Positions 1-9,007 of a stretch of DNA of 64,000 bases are shown piece after piece. The DNA is taken from assembly GCA_041659065.1 (NCBI GenBank), contig JBAZYY010000007.1, forward strand, positions 863-64,862, written 5' to 3'. A program made the position numbers and the translations under genes. The DNA comes from Parcubacteria group bacterium (lineage in GTDB: Bacteria; Patescibacteriota; Minisyncoccia; Moranbacterales; UBA11712). Each line of letters starts with the position of its first letter. The first letter of the stretch is position 1. Below the pieces are notes generated by a model. It worked only from the letters and a program-made list of their open reading frames with translations. It did no database searches and was not told the origin of the DNA.

Positions 1-563
1 TCTTTCATCAGGAATACGCAAGGTTCGTATCTCTTGTATCGGCAAACCCACCCGGCCCATTCTCCCGTGAGTAGATCGAGAACGATTTCTCCTCTTGCCA
101 CAAGCAGATCTTGAATCTCTTTTTTGATTCCGTTTTCATATGTGTCTGAAGCATCATCCTTGAGGCACTCATGCAGCGCCTTCAGGTCTGATGTTTCAAG
201 AGTTTCCAGAAGTCCATCATCGAGCAATCCGGTGCACAACAAGACACCCCAATATGGTCCAACTTCCCCAATCAACTCCTCCATATCCCGACAAATTTCA
301 ACCCAGCGGACAATCGCATCGACGTATTCCGGCTCGCCTATATAACGACGACCAGTGGCCAGATCACCATAGATAAAATCGTGATCTCGAATGCGCAAAA
401 CGATGAACTCTCCCTCCAGAGGTACGCGCTCAGTCAAGCGTAAATCTTTTCTGAGCCTTATGATCGTTCCTCTGCCAAAAAGACAGTCGCCCAAATATTC
501 GAGGGGGTCGCCCTCGATTTTTATGGAGTATTTTTCGGTAAAAGAAGTTTTCTTCATGGCCAT
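1..563 (-). CDS. Hypothetical protein, truncated by the window edge (MAMKKTSFTEKYSIKIEGDPLEYLGD...)
   Basis: Not in the ORF track. ATG at 563 with an AAGGAG RBS; frame stays open to position 1. Divergent from TrmB, with its own TTGACA-17-TAAACT promoter. Confidence 0.75.
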   Translation of the reverse strand, partial: MAMKKTSFTEKYSIKIEGDPLEYLGDCLFGRGTIIRLRKDLRLTERVPLEGEFIVLRIRDHDFIYGDLATGRRYIGEPEYVDAIVRWVEICRDMEELIGEVGPYWGVLLCTGLLDDGLLETLETSDLKALHECLKDDASDTYENGIKKEIQDLLVARGEIVLDLLTGEWAGWVCRYKRYEPCVFLMK

Positions 564-717
564 TCTCCTTTTTTAATGTGCAATTGTTTTAATTTATTAA
601 AACAGTTCAGTTTATTGTTGTAATCGTTTATTGTCAACCATTTACGTTATTTTATACAACTCATTGTGCTTTATATATAGAATTATTTAATAATATTAGT
701 TATCTTATCGTAATAGA

Positions 718-746
718 TTGACACTTTTTAAGGATTGGTCTATAAT
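718..746 (+). promoter_or_regulatory. Sigma70 promoter, probably leaderless, for TrmB
   Basis: TTGACA(718)-17 nt-TATAAT(741); ATG 8 nt downstream; no SD. Confidence 0.8.
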
Positions 747-754
747 GCCGCCAT

Positions 755-1549
755 ATGGAAAATAACTCATTAGAAAACCTATTAGAGCTGGGATTTTTAC
801 CCAATGAAGCCAGAGTTTATCTGGCCTGTTTAGAGCTCGGAAAGGGAACAGTAACGCAGATAAGCAAAAAAGCCGGCCTTAACCGGACTACTGGATACGA
901 TATTTTGGAAAGATTGAGTATAAAAGGACTTGTCAATATGGCTCTGGCCAAGGGAAAGAAAAGATTTTATTCCGCTCTATCTCCTTCAAGGCTTAAGCAA
1001 TACCTTCGAGGAAAAAGGAATTTATATGACAAAAGACTGGAAAAGCTAGAAAAAACGTTGCCGAAATTAAAATTACTTTACAAAGAAACTGAAATGAAGC
1101 CAGTAATCAAAATCGCCGAAGGAGTGGAAGCCTTAAAACAAATGGCTTGTTTGGAATTGGATACAAAAAATATAGTCTATTCATTCGCTAATCTTACGAA
1201 TTATGCCGAGACTTTCAGTGATATGGGAAAAGAAAGGACGGCTGAACGTCTTCGAAGAGGCATAAAGGAGAGATGTCTTTCTATTGATAGTGAATATGCC
1301 CGCGATTGGTGGCAAAAGAATTATGGCGGAAAAAAAAGATTGCAGGAAATGACTGAATACCGCTGGATCAAGCCTGATAGCAATTATTCAACTGCAGGTG
1401 AAATCATTATTTTTGACGACACTGTTGTAGCCATACTTTCCAAAACAAGTGATAATGTAGCTTTTGAAATCAAGTCCGAAACTTTCGCAAACTTTCTGAA
1501 AATTCTTTTCGAATCAGCCTGGCAATCATCCCGGAAATCAAGCACATAA
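755..1549 (+). CDS. TrmB-family transcriptional regulator (copy 1)
   Basis: LGFLPNEARVYLACLELG...GLNRTTGYDILERL wHTH, plus a C-terminal effector domain ending LFESAW. Confidence 0.9.
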   Translation: MENNSLENLLELGFLPNEARVYLACLELGKGTVTQISKKAGLNRTTGYDILERLSIKGLVNMALAKGKKRFYSALSPSRLKQYLRGKRNLYDKRLEKLEKTLPKLKLLYKETEMKPVIKIAEGVEALKQMACLELDTKNIVYSFANLTNYAETFSDMGKERTAERLRRGIKERCLSIDSEYARDWWQKNYGGKKRLQEMTEYRWIKPDSNYSTAGEIIIFDDTVVAILSKTSDNVAFEIKSETFANFLKILFESAWQSSRKSST

Positions 1550-1678
1550 AAAGAGGTTACATACGAAACCTCTTTTTGTTAAATTTTGAGCGGATGAAGG
1601 GAAGCGAACGTCGCTCCGCTCCTTAAAACCTTGTGGTTTCAATACTTTCACTCCGGGAAAACTCTCGTTTTCCCGACC

Positions 1679-1716
1679 CCCGCCTGCAATGCTTTGCATA
1701 GCAATGCGGGCAGGCC
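1679..1716. repeat. Short palindromic insertion element
   Basis: CCCGCCTGCAATGCTTTGCATAGCAATGCGGGCAGG imperfect hairpin; a related copy lies at about 3033-3066. Confidence 0.55.
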
Positions 1717-1789
1717 TTTTCTTGTTCGATTTCCTTTTCAATACACGGCAAAACAAAAAATCCCCCTGAGGAGATTTTTTGTTTCGATG

Positions 1790-1861
1790 AGCGGGTAACG
1801 GGAATCGAACCCGTGTCTCTACCTTGGCAAGGTAATATAATAGCCACTATACGATACCCGC
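1790..1861 (-). tRNA. tRNA-Gly(GCC)
   Basis: GCGGGTA/TACCCGC acceptor stem, TTGCCAA anticodon loop, GGTTCGATTCC T-arm. Confidence 0.95.
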
Positions 1862-1944
1862 CTTTGTCTCGCCGGAGCGAGACTACGGCGGGCAAGCCCG
1901 CTGCAGTCCGCGAAGGCGGACTTTTTCTATTATAACAGCTTTTG

Positions 1945-2299
1945 TGCCGGGCCCCAGAATCGAACTGGGTACACAAGGATTTTCCTCGTTGTTTTCTTGA
2001 GTTTCCCCAAGGATCGGACTATTTCATTATCCCTCTTGGGATATCGGGCGCTTTTGCAAGGTTATTGTTGGGACTCACTTGCTAGTCTCTACACCTGCCT
2101 CCGCTAAAGCTATGACAGGCAAGCCCTCTAAAATTGGCTTGCTTGTAATCCGTAGCTTCCCGGCGAAGGATTGGATCGAGATTGCCATATCGTCTCATCG
2201 ACGATTTAGGTTTCCTCGAATTCACCCGATTTTCATTCCCGCGTTACCGCGAGACGGACCGAAAACCAGTCCTCTGCTCTACCAATGAGCTAGCCCGGC
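1945..2299 (-). tRNA. tRNA-Phe(GAA), intron-containing (exons 2268-2299 and 1945-1984)
   Basis: GCCGGGCTAGCTCATTGGTAGAGCAGAGGACT joined to GAAAATCCTTGTGTACCCAGTTCGATTCTGGGGCCCGGCA gives a normal cloverleaf. Confidence 0.92.
1985..2267 (-). ncRNA. Group I intron (283 nt) in the tRNA-Phe anticodon loop
   Basis: 5' exon ends in U and the intron ends in G. P1 GGACU/GGUCC with U-G; P10 GGUUUUC/GAAAAUC. P/Q/R/S-like GAATTCGAGGAAACC, GGCAATCTCGA, GTAGAGACTA, GAAATAGTCCG. Confidence 0.9.
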
Positions 2300-2303
2300 G
2301 ATG

Positions 2304-2377
2304 TGGGCGCGAGAGGACTCGAACCTCTGACCCTCTGTTTGTAAGACAGATGCTCTAACCAACTGAGCTACGCGCCC
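2304..2377 (-). tRNA. tRNA-Val(TAC)
   Basis: GGGCGCG acceptor; TCTGT-CTTACAA-ACAGA anticodon arm; GGTTCGAGTCC. Confidence 0.95.
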
Positions 2378-2631
2378 GTAGTATCCATTGCTTTTATTAT
2401 AGCATTCCTAATTTTTCTTCCAATTCCTGTTTTATAAAATTTTTCTCTTCTTTGAGCGTCAGCTTTACAAATATAATCTTCAAAGAAGATAATAACGAAA
2501 GGCTTATTTTCTTTTGCCCATTTCGTTGCACCGTAATTATGTTCTCTCACTCTTTCAGTGGGATGCTTCTCAGTTAACCCAGAATATATCTTTCGATTCC
2601 TCAGGCTTTTTATGAAATATACATAAAACAT
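2368..2631 (-). CDS. Stand-alone GIY-YIG nuclease
   Basis: FYVYFIKS..KIYSGLT..ERVREHNYG..REKFYKTGIGR. Its stop codon lies inside the tRNA-Val 5' end. Confidence 0.88.
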   Translation of the reverse strand: MFYVYFIKSLRNRKIYSGLTEKHPTERVREHNYGATKWAKENKPFVIIFFEDYICKADAQRREKFYKTGIGRKIRNAIIKAMDTTGA

Positions 2632-2637
2632 ATTTAG

Positions 2638-2691
2638 TCTAACCTCAGCCAGAGGCTGATCCGCCTCTGGCGGAAACTGAGCTACGCGCCC
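2638..2691 (-). repeat. Duplicated tRNA-Val 5' end, interrupted by a 30-nt double-hairpin element (2645-2674)
   Basis: GGGCGCGTAGCTCAGTT[TCCGCCAGAGGCGGATCAGCCTCTGGCTGA]GGTTAGA versus the tRNA's GGGCGCGTAGCTCAGTTGGTTAGA. Confidence 0.85.
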
Positions 2692-2735
2692 CTATATTGT
2701 AATTCTTAAAAACTTGTCCTGCATCAGAATTAACG

Positions 2736-2959
2736 CGCGGACGGGGAGATTCGAACTCCCACCCTCTGATGAGGACAAGCCTCTCAAGCTGGAGTCTGCC
2801 CCGCACCAAATCTTTTGTGGGGATAGAGAGACTCGAACTCTCACGCTCTAACGAGCCACGCCCCTCAAGCGTGTGTGTATGCCAATTCCACCATATCCCC
2901 AATTGGGTAAATCTAGAAAATTGGTGCAGGATGAACCTACTGGATTCCACCACGTCCGC
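2736..2959 (-). pseudogene. Disrupted outer tRNA-Leu(GAG) enclosing an intact tRNA-Leu(GAG)
   Basis: 5' piece GCGGACGTGGTGGAAT; 3' piece CAGCTTGAGAGGCTTG..GGGAGTTCGAATCTCCCCGTCCGC. The acceptor stem is perfectly complementary. Confidence 0.8.
2818..2900 (-). tRNA. tRNA-Leu(GAG)
   Basis: GGGGATA/TATCCCC acceptor, CACGC-TTGAGGG-GCGTG anticodon arm, long variable arm. Confidence 0.95.
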
Positions 2960-3193
2960 GTAAATACGGAATTTTTAAATGTCATTTTTCTGGTGCGTGG
3001 TGAATATGCCAATTCCCCGCTCGCTTCAAATTGCCCGCCTGCTTTGATATGCGAAGCGATCCGGGTGAGCGCCATATATCCTCAAAGCAATCAAAAAATT
3101 TGGGCGGATTAGCCTGCCGAATTGCCCCGAGACTATTGTATGGCAGCAGAGCGTTTAAGACCGAATCGGTATCAGGCAAATATCAAAAACATA

Positions 3194-3691
3194 TTAAACT
3201 TTCACCTGTTGCTTTTTTTCTGTGCCTGCTTCAGCTTTTTTGTCTTCGCCTGATTCTTTTTTGGTCTCTGAATTTACAGCTTCTTCGGTTTTTTCCGTAA
3301 TTACAGATGTTTCGGTTTTTTCTTCTTCCGCAATAAAGCTTGCGAGCTCTTTAGTCTTTAGTTTTGAAATGCGTAACCCTTTTTGTTTCAAATAGTATAA
3401 TTTGGACCGCCTTACCTTGGCTCGTTTGAGTGCCTCGATTTTTACGATTCCTGGCGAATAGAGAGGAAAGGTTATCTCAACTCCGATTCCAAAACTTACA
3501 CGGCGCACCGTGAGCATCGGAGAAGAACTTTGCCTCCCTTTGATTGCAATTACAATTCCTTCAAATATCTGCACTCGTTCCTTAGCTCCTTCTTTAATTT
3601 TTCGATGAACCTTTACAATATCCCCAGACCGCAGTTCGGGCATCTGTCGGCTCGATCTAACCTTACGGTTATACGCGTAAACTTTCTCCAT
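3194..3691 (-). CDS. rplS: 50S ribosomal protein L19
   Basis: GDIVKVHRKIKEGAKERVQIFEGIVI, KVRRSKLYYL; acidic C-terminal tail. Confidence 0.97.
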   Translation of the reverse strand: MEKVYAYNRKVRSSRQMPELRSGDIVKVHRKIKEGAKERVQIFEGIVIAIKGRQSSSPMLTVRRVSFGIGVEITFPLYSPGIVKIEALKRAKVRRSKLYYLKQKGLRISKLKTKELASFIAEEEKTETSVITEKTEEAVNSETKKESGEDKKAEAGTEKKQQVKV

Positions 3692-3896
3692 AAATAAAAA
3701 AAGTGACTTTTTAAGCTTTTATATCTTATAATCTTTTAGCAGTAAAGTCAACCCGCAGCCTTATGGATTGACAATGAGCAAAAAAAGGTTTATACTACTG
3801 TAGTGCCTGGAGAAAATGGCATTGAAAAAGGAGGAATTAAAACTACTTTTTGGAAAGGGTTTTTTATTTTTGAAGAAATAGTTTAAGAACCACTAT

Positions 3897-4061
3897 ATGA
3901 CAAAATACGAACTCATAAAGAAACTCGAATATCTGATTGCATTTCAATCTGACTGTCTGGCAAGTGGCGACTGGGATGAGTTCGATAGAGCGGAAAATCA
4001 GATAAAAAGGCTTGAAGAAAGCATTCTGGCTGAAAATGAAACATCTAAATTTGATAATTAA
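3897..4061 (+). CDS. Small 54-aa hypothetical protein (MTKYELIKKLEYLIAFQSDCLASGDWDEFDRAENQIKRLEESILAENETSKFDN)
   Basis: Below the ORF-track cutoff. Consensus promoter TTGACA(3768)-17-TATACT(3791) upstream; helical-hairpin pattern. Confidence 0.6.
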   Translation: MTKYELIKKLEYLIAFQSDCLASGDWDEFDRAENQIKRLEESILAENETSKFDN

Positions 4062-4284
4062 CATTATAAATAAGGAGTCGTTTCGCGAAAATATGCACAA
4101 AAATATTATATATAAGCTAAATTAAGGCAATCTATTATGTCAAGGCCTAGAATAGTCAGCACTTGACAATTAGCATTACAAGCAGTATAATACTCCGTTA
4201 AGCCTGAAAAGGGCTTTTTTGTTTCCCGTCAGCGGAAAGCAAATTCCTGAAGTAAGGCTTAATATTAATAATTTATACTGCCCA

Positions 4285-4860
4285 ATGCGTATTTTGGCAT
4301 TAACTGTTCTCGCAGTTTTGTCTTCCGCGCTGGTCTTAGGCGTCGGAGCTCAAGCTCAAGAACCACTCGCTCAAAATACAAAGCAAAACACTGGATCTCA
4401 AAAAGAAAATTTAATCAGCAATGCAGATCAACAAAGGGCGCAATCTATTGATGAAAAAAAGATATTTTCCGCCAATGACAGCTTTATTAGGCTGGCATAC
4501 ATAGTCAATGTGAAATATCCGGCTCTGAAAGCGGCAGCTAGCAAGCAAAGTCTGTTTAAAAGCCAGCCTTTGCCTGAGGGAAGCTTTGTCGTCAATGCGA
4601 GCGCTTACACTGCTGCAGCCGATGAATGCGGAAAATCAGACGGAATTACGGCGAGCGGTGTGAAAGTTCATAGAGGGACTCTCGCCTGTCCCCGCAAATT
4701 TCCTTTCGGGACAAAGATGGAAATCGAAGGAATGGGAATCTATACCTGTGAAGACCGTGGAGGAGCCATTAAAGACAATCACGTCGATATCTATATGCCT
4801 ACAAAAGCTGAAGCCTTCGGCTTTGGACGGAAGAATCTAATCGCAACTGTTATTAACTAA
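4285..4860 (+). CDS. 3D-domain cell-wall protein with signal peptide
   Basis: NASAYT..DGITASG..FPFGTK..EDRGGAIKDNHVDIY; probable start MRILAL. Confidence 0.88.
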   Translation: MRILALTVLAVLSSALVLGVGAQAQEPLAQNTKQNTGSQKENLISNADQQRAQSIDEKKIFSANDSFIRLAYIVNVKYPALKAAASKQSLFKSQPLPEGSFVVNASAYTAAADECGKSDGITASGVKVHRGTLACPRKFPFGTKMEIEGMGIYTCEDRGGAIKDNHVDIYMPTKAEAFGFGRKNLIATVIN

Positions 4861-4894
4861 AAAATACCCCGCCGTATCGGCGGGGCATTTTTTA
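4860..4894. terminator. Bidirectional intrinsic terminator
   Basis: CCCCGCCG-TAT-CGGCGGGG flanked by A and T tracts, between convergent genes. Confidence 0.75.
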
Positions 4895-4944
4895 TCGCAA
4901 GAAGATCCTTAGATCACATTCGGAATGATTCCGCTTGGACGGAA

Positions 4945-5532
4945 TTATTTTATAATCTTATCAACTAGGCCATATTCCTTCGCTTCCTCGGCACTCATAA
5001 AGTAGTCGCGGTCAGTGTCTTTCTCGACCTTGGCTAGCGCCTGTCCCGTGTGTTTAGCCATTATCTTATTGACTCTCTCTTTGATTTGGAGGATGTGCTT
5101 GGCGTGGATGGCGACATCAGCCGCTTGTCCTTGAGCCCCGCCCATGACCTGATGGATAAGTATTTCGCTGTTCGGGAGGCAAAGCCGCTTTCCTTTTTTT
5201 CCGGCAGTGAGGAGCAGCGCTCCCGCGGAGGCAGCTAATCCTATGCAAATCGTAGAGACGTCGGCGCGAACGTACTGCATGGTGTCATAAATTGCCAAGG
5301 CCGACGTCACTTGTCCTCCCGGTGAATTAATATATAGTTTGATGTCTTCTTTGGAGTTCTGGCTGTCTAGGAAAAGGAGCTGGGCGATTATCGCGTTAGC
5401 GACATGATCGTCAATTCCCCCACCCAAGAAAACTATTCTTTCTTTGAGAAGCCTGGAATAAATGTCATAGGCTCTTTCACCATAAGCGGTTTTTTCAATC
5501 ACCGTAGGGATAAGAATTTGGTTTTTTATCAT
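4945..5532 (-). CDS. clpP: ATP-dependent Clp protease proteolytic subunit
   Basis: [34 protein letters not shown]. Confidence 0.98.
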   Translation of the reverse strand: MIKNQILIPTVIEKTAYGERAYDIYSRLLKERIVFLGGGIDDHVANAIIAQLLFLDSQNSKEDIKLYINSPGGQVTSALAIYDTMQYVRADVSTICIGLAASAGALLLTAGKKGKRLCLPNSEILIHQVMGGAQGQAADVAIHAKHILQIKERVNKIMAKHTGQALAKVEKDTDRDYFMSAEEAKEYGLVDKIIK

Positions 5533-5579
5533 ATATATTTCAAGCAACCGGCATTAGACTTGGCCCAATGGCGGATGCG

Positions 5580-6854
5580 TTACGATTTTGCTAATAATTT
5601 AAATACTGCTTCATTAGCCAGGATGCTTTTGGTGTAAGCATACAAACTTTCAAGATCGAGCTGGTTCTCCATATCGGAAATACTTTTCAGATAGGCTATT
5701 GCCTTATTCATCTCTGCTTCAATTTCGGTACTCGGAATTTCAATGCCTTCCTCCTCGGCTATTTTTTTGAGAGCTAAGGCGGATTTAACTCGCTTGATCG
5801 CATTTTCCTCCCAGCCTTTCCTTATTCCATCTCTGGTTTTCTTGATATTCTCCAGGTAAGTGTCAACGTTCATTCCCATTGAAGATATATTCTGCTCAAA
5901 TTCAGACATCATCTTATCAAGTTCATTCTCAATCAGTAGGTCGGGAACTTCAACTTCCGAATTTTTGATAATGCTTTCCATAACTTCATTTCTCCAGCTA
6001 TCCTCGTTGCGCTTCTTTTGCTCCACTCCGAGCCCATCTTTAATACTGCTTCGCAGCTCGGATAGACTATTGAAATGGCCGAGATTTTTCACGAATTCGT
6101 CATTCAGTTCCGGCAGTTGTCTCTCCTGAATTAAGTTCACTTTAACCTTGAACATCGCGGCCTTTCCCGCTAGTTCTTCCTGGTGATAATCTTTTGGAAA
6201 TGTTAGCTCGAACTCCTTTTCCTCTTTTTCTTTCATTCCCAATAATTTATCCTCAAATCCTGGAATGAAATAGCTCTCCCCGACAACTAATGGATGATTT
6301 TTGCTGGAACCCTGCGGGATTTCTTTTCCATCTATGCGCACTTGAAAATCAATCTCCACCTTATCTCCAGCACGGACCTCACGTAAAACTGTCACCAGCT
6401 TTGCCCGGCTTTTTTGTAGATTTTCTATCTCTTTATCAATCTGCTTTTCATCAATCTCCGCATCTTTAGCCAATTTGACCGACTTTGCTTGTTTTCTGTA
6501 GTCCCCGACATTTATCTCGGGCATGACACTTACTACGGCTTTGTATTCAAGATTATTTCCAGGCGCGATCTTTGTAATGGTTATTTTCGGCTCACCAATC
6601 GCTTCGATTTTATTTTTTACAATGGCATCCGCGTAGCTTTTTTTGACCGCTTTCTCGGCGCCGTGCGCCAGCACCTTTTCTGCTCCGATTTTTTTCTCTA
6701 CGATTTCCCGTGGTGCTTTACCCGGTCGGAAACCGTCGATTTTAATTTCTTTGGACAGCTCCTGAGAGGCCGATTTAATGAATGTTTTGAATTCTTCTGC
6801 GGGAACGACAATCTCAAATTCAATTTGAGACTTTGGAAGTTTCTTTATCTGCAT
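5580..6854 (-). CDS. tig: Trigger factor
   Basis: GFRPGKAP ribosome-binding motif; FIPGFED FKBP domain. Confidence 0.97.
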   Translation of the reverse strand: MQIKKLPKSQIEFEIVVPAEEFKTFIKSASQELSKEIKIDGFRPGKAPREIVEKKIGAEKVLAHGAEKAVKKSYADAIVKNKIEAIGEPKITITKIAPGNNLEYKAVVSVMPEINVGDYRKQAKSVKLAKDAEIDEKQIDKEIENLQKSRAKLVTVLREVRAGDKVEIDFQVRIDGKEIPQGSSKNHPLVVGESYFIPGFEDKLLGMKEKEEKEFELTFPKDYHQEELAGKAAMFKVKVNLIQERQLPELNDEFVKNLGHFNSLSELRSSIKDGLGVEQKKRNEDSWRNEVMESIIKNSEVEVPDLLIENELDKMMSEFEQNISSMGMNVDTYLENIKKTRDGIRKGWEENAIKRVKSALALKKIAEEEGIEIPSTEIEAEMNKAIAYLKSISDMENQLDLESLYAYTKSILANEAVFKLLAKS

Positions 6855-6859
6855 AAGGA

Positions 6860-7393
6860 TTATTTTGCGAATTTATTTGCATACAACTTAACGCTTTTCT
6901 CGACAGCCTCAAACGCTTTTTCTTTTCCCTCCACTCCGTCTATTGTTACGACTTTGTTGTCTATGGATTTGTAGGTTTCGAAAAAATGCTTGATTTCTTT
7001 GATCGTATGAGGATTTATATCGGCGAGATCCCCCACGTTTTCCCAACGGGGATCATCGACGGGGACTGCGATAATCTTGTCATCAGAATCACCGGTATCG
7101 GTCATATGCATCACAGCTACGGGTCTTACGGTAAGCAGAATGCCGGGGTAAAGAGGATAAGTGGCAAGTATCACGATATCAAGCGCGTCTCCGTCGTCCC
7201 ATAATGTGCGGGGAGCAAACCCATAATCAAAAGGAAAGTCTTGAGCGGACTTCATTGCTCGGTCCAGCTTGATAAGCCCAGTCTTTTTATCGATCTCAAA
7301 CTTATTTTTTGACCCTCTTGGGTTTTCCACGATAACATTGAATTCTTGAGGGGTCTTATCTCCCAGAGATAAGTCGTGCCATAGATTAGTCAT
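6860..7393 (-). CDS. ppa: Inorganic pyrophosphatase (family I)
   Basis: DYGFAPRT, DGDALD, DDKIIAV, HFFETYK. Confidence 0.96.
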   Translation of the reverse strand: MTNLWHDLSLGDKTPQEFNVIVENPRGSKNKFEIDKKTGLIKLDRAMKSAQDFPFDYGFAPRTLWDDGDALDIVILATYPLYPGILLTVRPVAVMHMTDTGDSDDKIIAVPVDDPRWENVGDLADINPHTIKEIKHFFETYKSIDNKVVTIDGVEGKEKAFEAVEKSVKLYANKFAK

Positions 7394-7413
7394 AGCTTTT
7401 AGTTAGATATTAA

Positions 7414-8757
7414 TTATTTTTTTGATTCCGTTTTCTTGCCTTTTTTTGTTGCGTTTTTGGTTTTTCCTTCGTCAGTTTTTTTATCAGTATTTTTGACCGG
7501 CGCCTGTTCGTCTTTTTCAACTATTTCCGTCGTTTCTTCGGTTGCTTTTTCATTCTCAACCTCTTCGGTTTCTTTCTCTTTATTTTCCGCCGTAATTACA
7601 TCAATTTTCCAACCAGTGAGTTTTGCTGCCAATCGCACATTTTGTCCTTGTTTACCGATGGCAAGCGACAATTGGTCGGAGGGAACTGTAACGCGTGCCT
7701 CCTTTTTGGACTCGATAATTTTAACGTTCAGAACCTTGGCCGGAGAAAGTGCGTTGGAAATGAATTTAGCAACGTCATCATTCCACTCAATAATGTCAAT
7801 CTTCTCTCCTCCGAGTTCGTCTATTACCGCTTGGACACGAGTTCCTTTCTGGCCAACGCAAGATCCGATTGGGTCAATCCCCTCTTCATTTGAGGACACG
7901 GCAATTTTTGTGCGCGAGCCTGCCTCTCTTGCCATGGCTTTTATTTCAACTGTTCCTGCGAATATCTCTGGAACTTCAATCTCGAAAAGTTTTTGGACTA
8001 AATTCGGGTGAGTCCGGCTTAGCACGATACCAGGGCCCTTAGGATCAGCTTCGACTTTCATTACATATACTTTGAGCCGTTGTCCCAGTCGGTATCTTTC
8101 GCCGTCCACCTGCTCAGAGGGGAAAAGAACTCCTGTTGATTTGCCGAGATCTACAAAAACATTGCGGCCTTCAATTCGCTGGATTACGCCGCTTACAATC
8201 TCGCCTTCTTTTTGTTTGTATTCATCATACATCGCATCCCGTTCAGCTTCTCTGATTTTTTGAATAATCACTTGCTTGGCTGTTTGAGCGGCAACTCTTC
8301 CGTAGTCACTGCGTTCCTCTAATTTTTCTTCAATAATATCTCCAACTTTAGCGTCTAGTTTAACCTTTACAGCCTCTTCAAGCAGGATATCTCTCTCTGG
8401 ATTGTAGCGGGGAATTTTTTCCTGGTCGTCTTCGAGCGTCGATTCAGACTTGGCCTGTTCTGCTTCCTCCGTTTCATCCACGTTTTCAAAAATTCTGGTT
8501 GTTTCATCAACTACTTCTTTGACTAAGTAAAAATCAGCGCCTCCCGTAATTTCATTAAATTCAGCTCTAATGTGTTGCCCTTTTCTGCCGTAGTCTTTTT
8601 TATAAGCGGCAGACAAGGCTGACTCTATCGCCTCAACGACTTTGTCCTTTGAGATTCCCTTTTCCTCGCATATTTGAGCGATTGCGCTGCCGAATTGTCC
8701 TAGGCGGCCAGTTTGCGCATCTTCAGTTTGGGAAACTGTCTTTTTTTTCTTTGCCAT
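7414..8757 (-). CDS. nusA: Transcription termination/antitermination factor NusA
   Basis: GRVAAQTAKQVIIQKIREAER, AREAGSRTKIAV, LAIGKQGQNVRLAAKLTGW. Confidence 0.98.
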   Translation of the reverse strand: MAKKKKTVSQTEDAQTGRLGQFGSAIAQICEEKGISKDKVVEAIESALSAAYKKDYGRKGQHIRAEFNEITGGADFYLVKEVVDETTRIFENVDETEEAEQAKSESTLEDDQEKIPRYNPERDILLEEAVKVKLDAKVGDIIEEKLEERSDYGRVAAQTAKQVIIQKIREAERDAMYDEYKQKEGEIVSGVIQRIEGRNVFVDLGKSTGVLFPSEQVDGERYRLGQRLKVYVMKVEADPKGPGIVLSRTHPNLVQKLFEIEVPEIFAGTVEIKAMAREAGSRTKIAVSSNEEGIDPIGSCVGQKGTRVQAVIDELGGEKIDIIEWNDDVAKFISNALSPAKVLNVKIIESKKEARVTVPSDQLSLAIGKQGQNVRLAAKLTGWKIDVITAENKEKETEEVENEKATEETTEIVEKDEQAPVKNTDKKTDEGKTKNATKKGKKTESKK

Positions 8758-8870
8758 GATGATAAATTAAAATGTAAATATAAAATGCTTTGAATACTAA
8801 ACTTGTTTTAATATTGGCATTTTGATTTTTGCCGGCCTTGGTGGGCCTCATCTCCGGTGGGATTTTGATT

Positions 8871-8897
8871 TAAAAAGAGCCCGATCGCTCGGACATC
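8871..8897 (-). promoter_or_regulatory. Possible leader attenuator hairpin upstream of nusA
   Basis: Minus strand GTCCGAGCGATCGGGCTCTTTT, about 115 nt before the nusA ATG. Confidence 0.4.
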
Positions 8898-9007
8898 AAG
8901 ATCATTTACCAGAAACCTAACTGTAATTTAATGCAAAAATGAATATTTGTCAAATCAAGAAGATAAAAACCCCCGCTCTATGCGAGCGAGGGTTTTTGAG
9001 AGCTAAT

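Noticed and set aside
1538-3300. ORF-track ORFs over the tRNA cluster (all except GIY-YIG and rplS)
   Set aside because: They overlap tRNAs, the intron and palindromes, and are chance frames.
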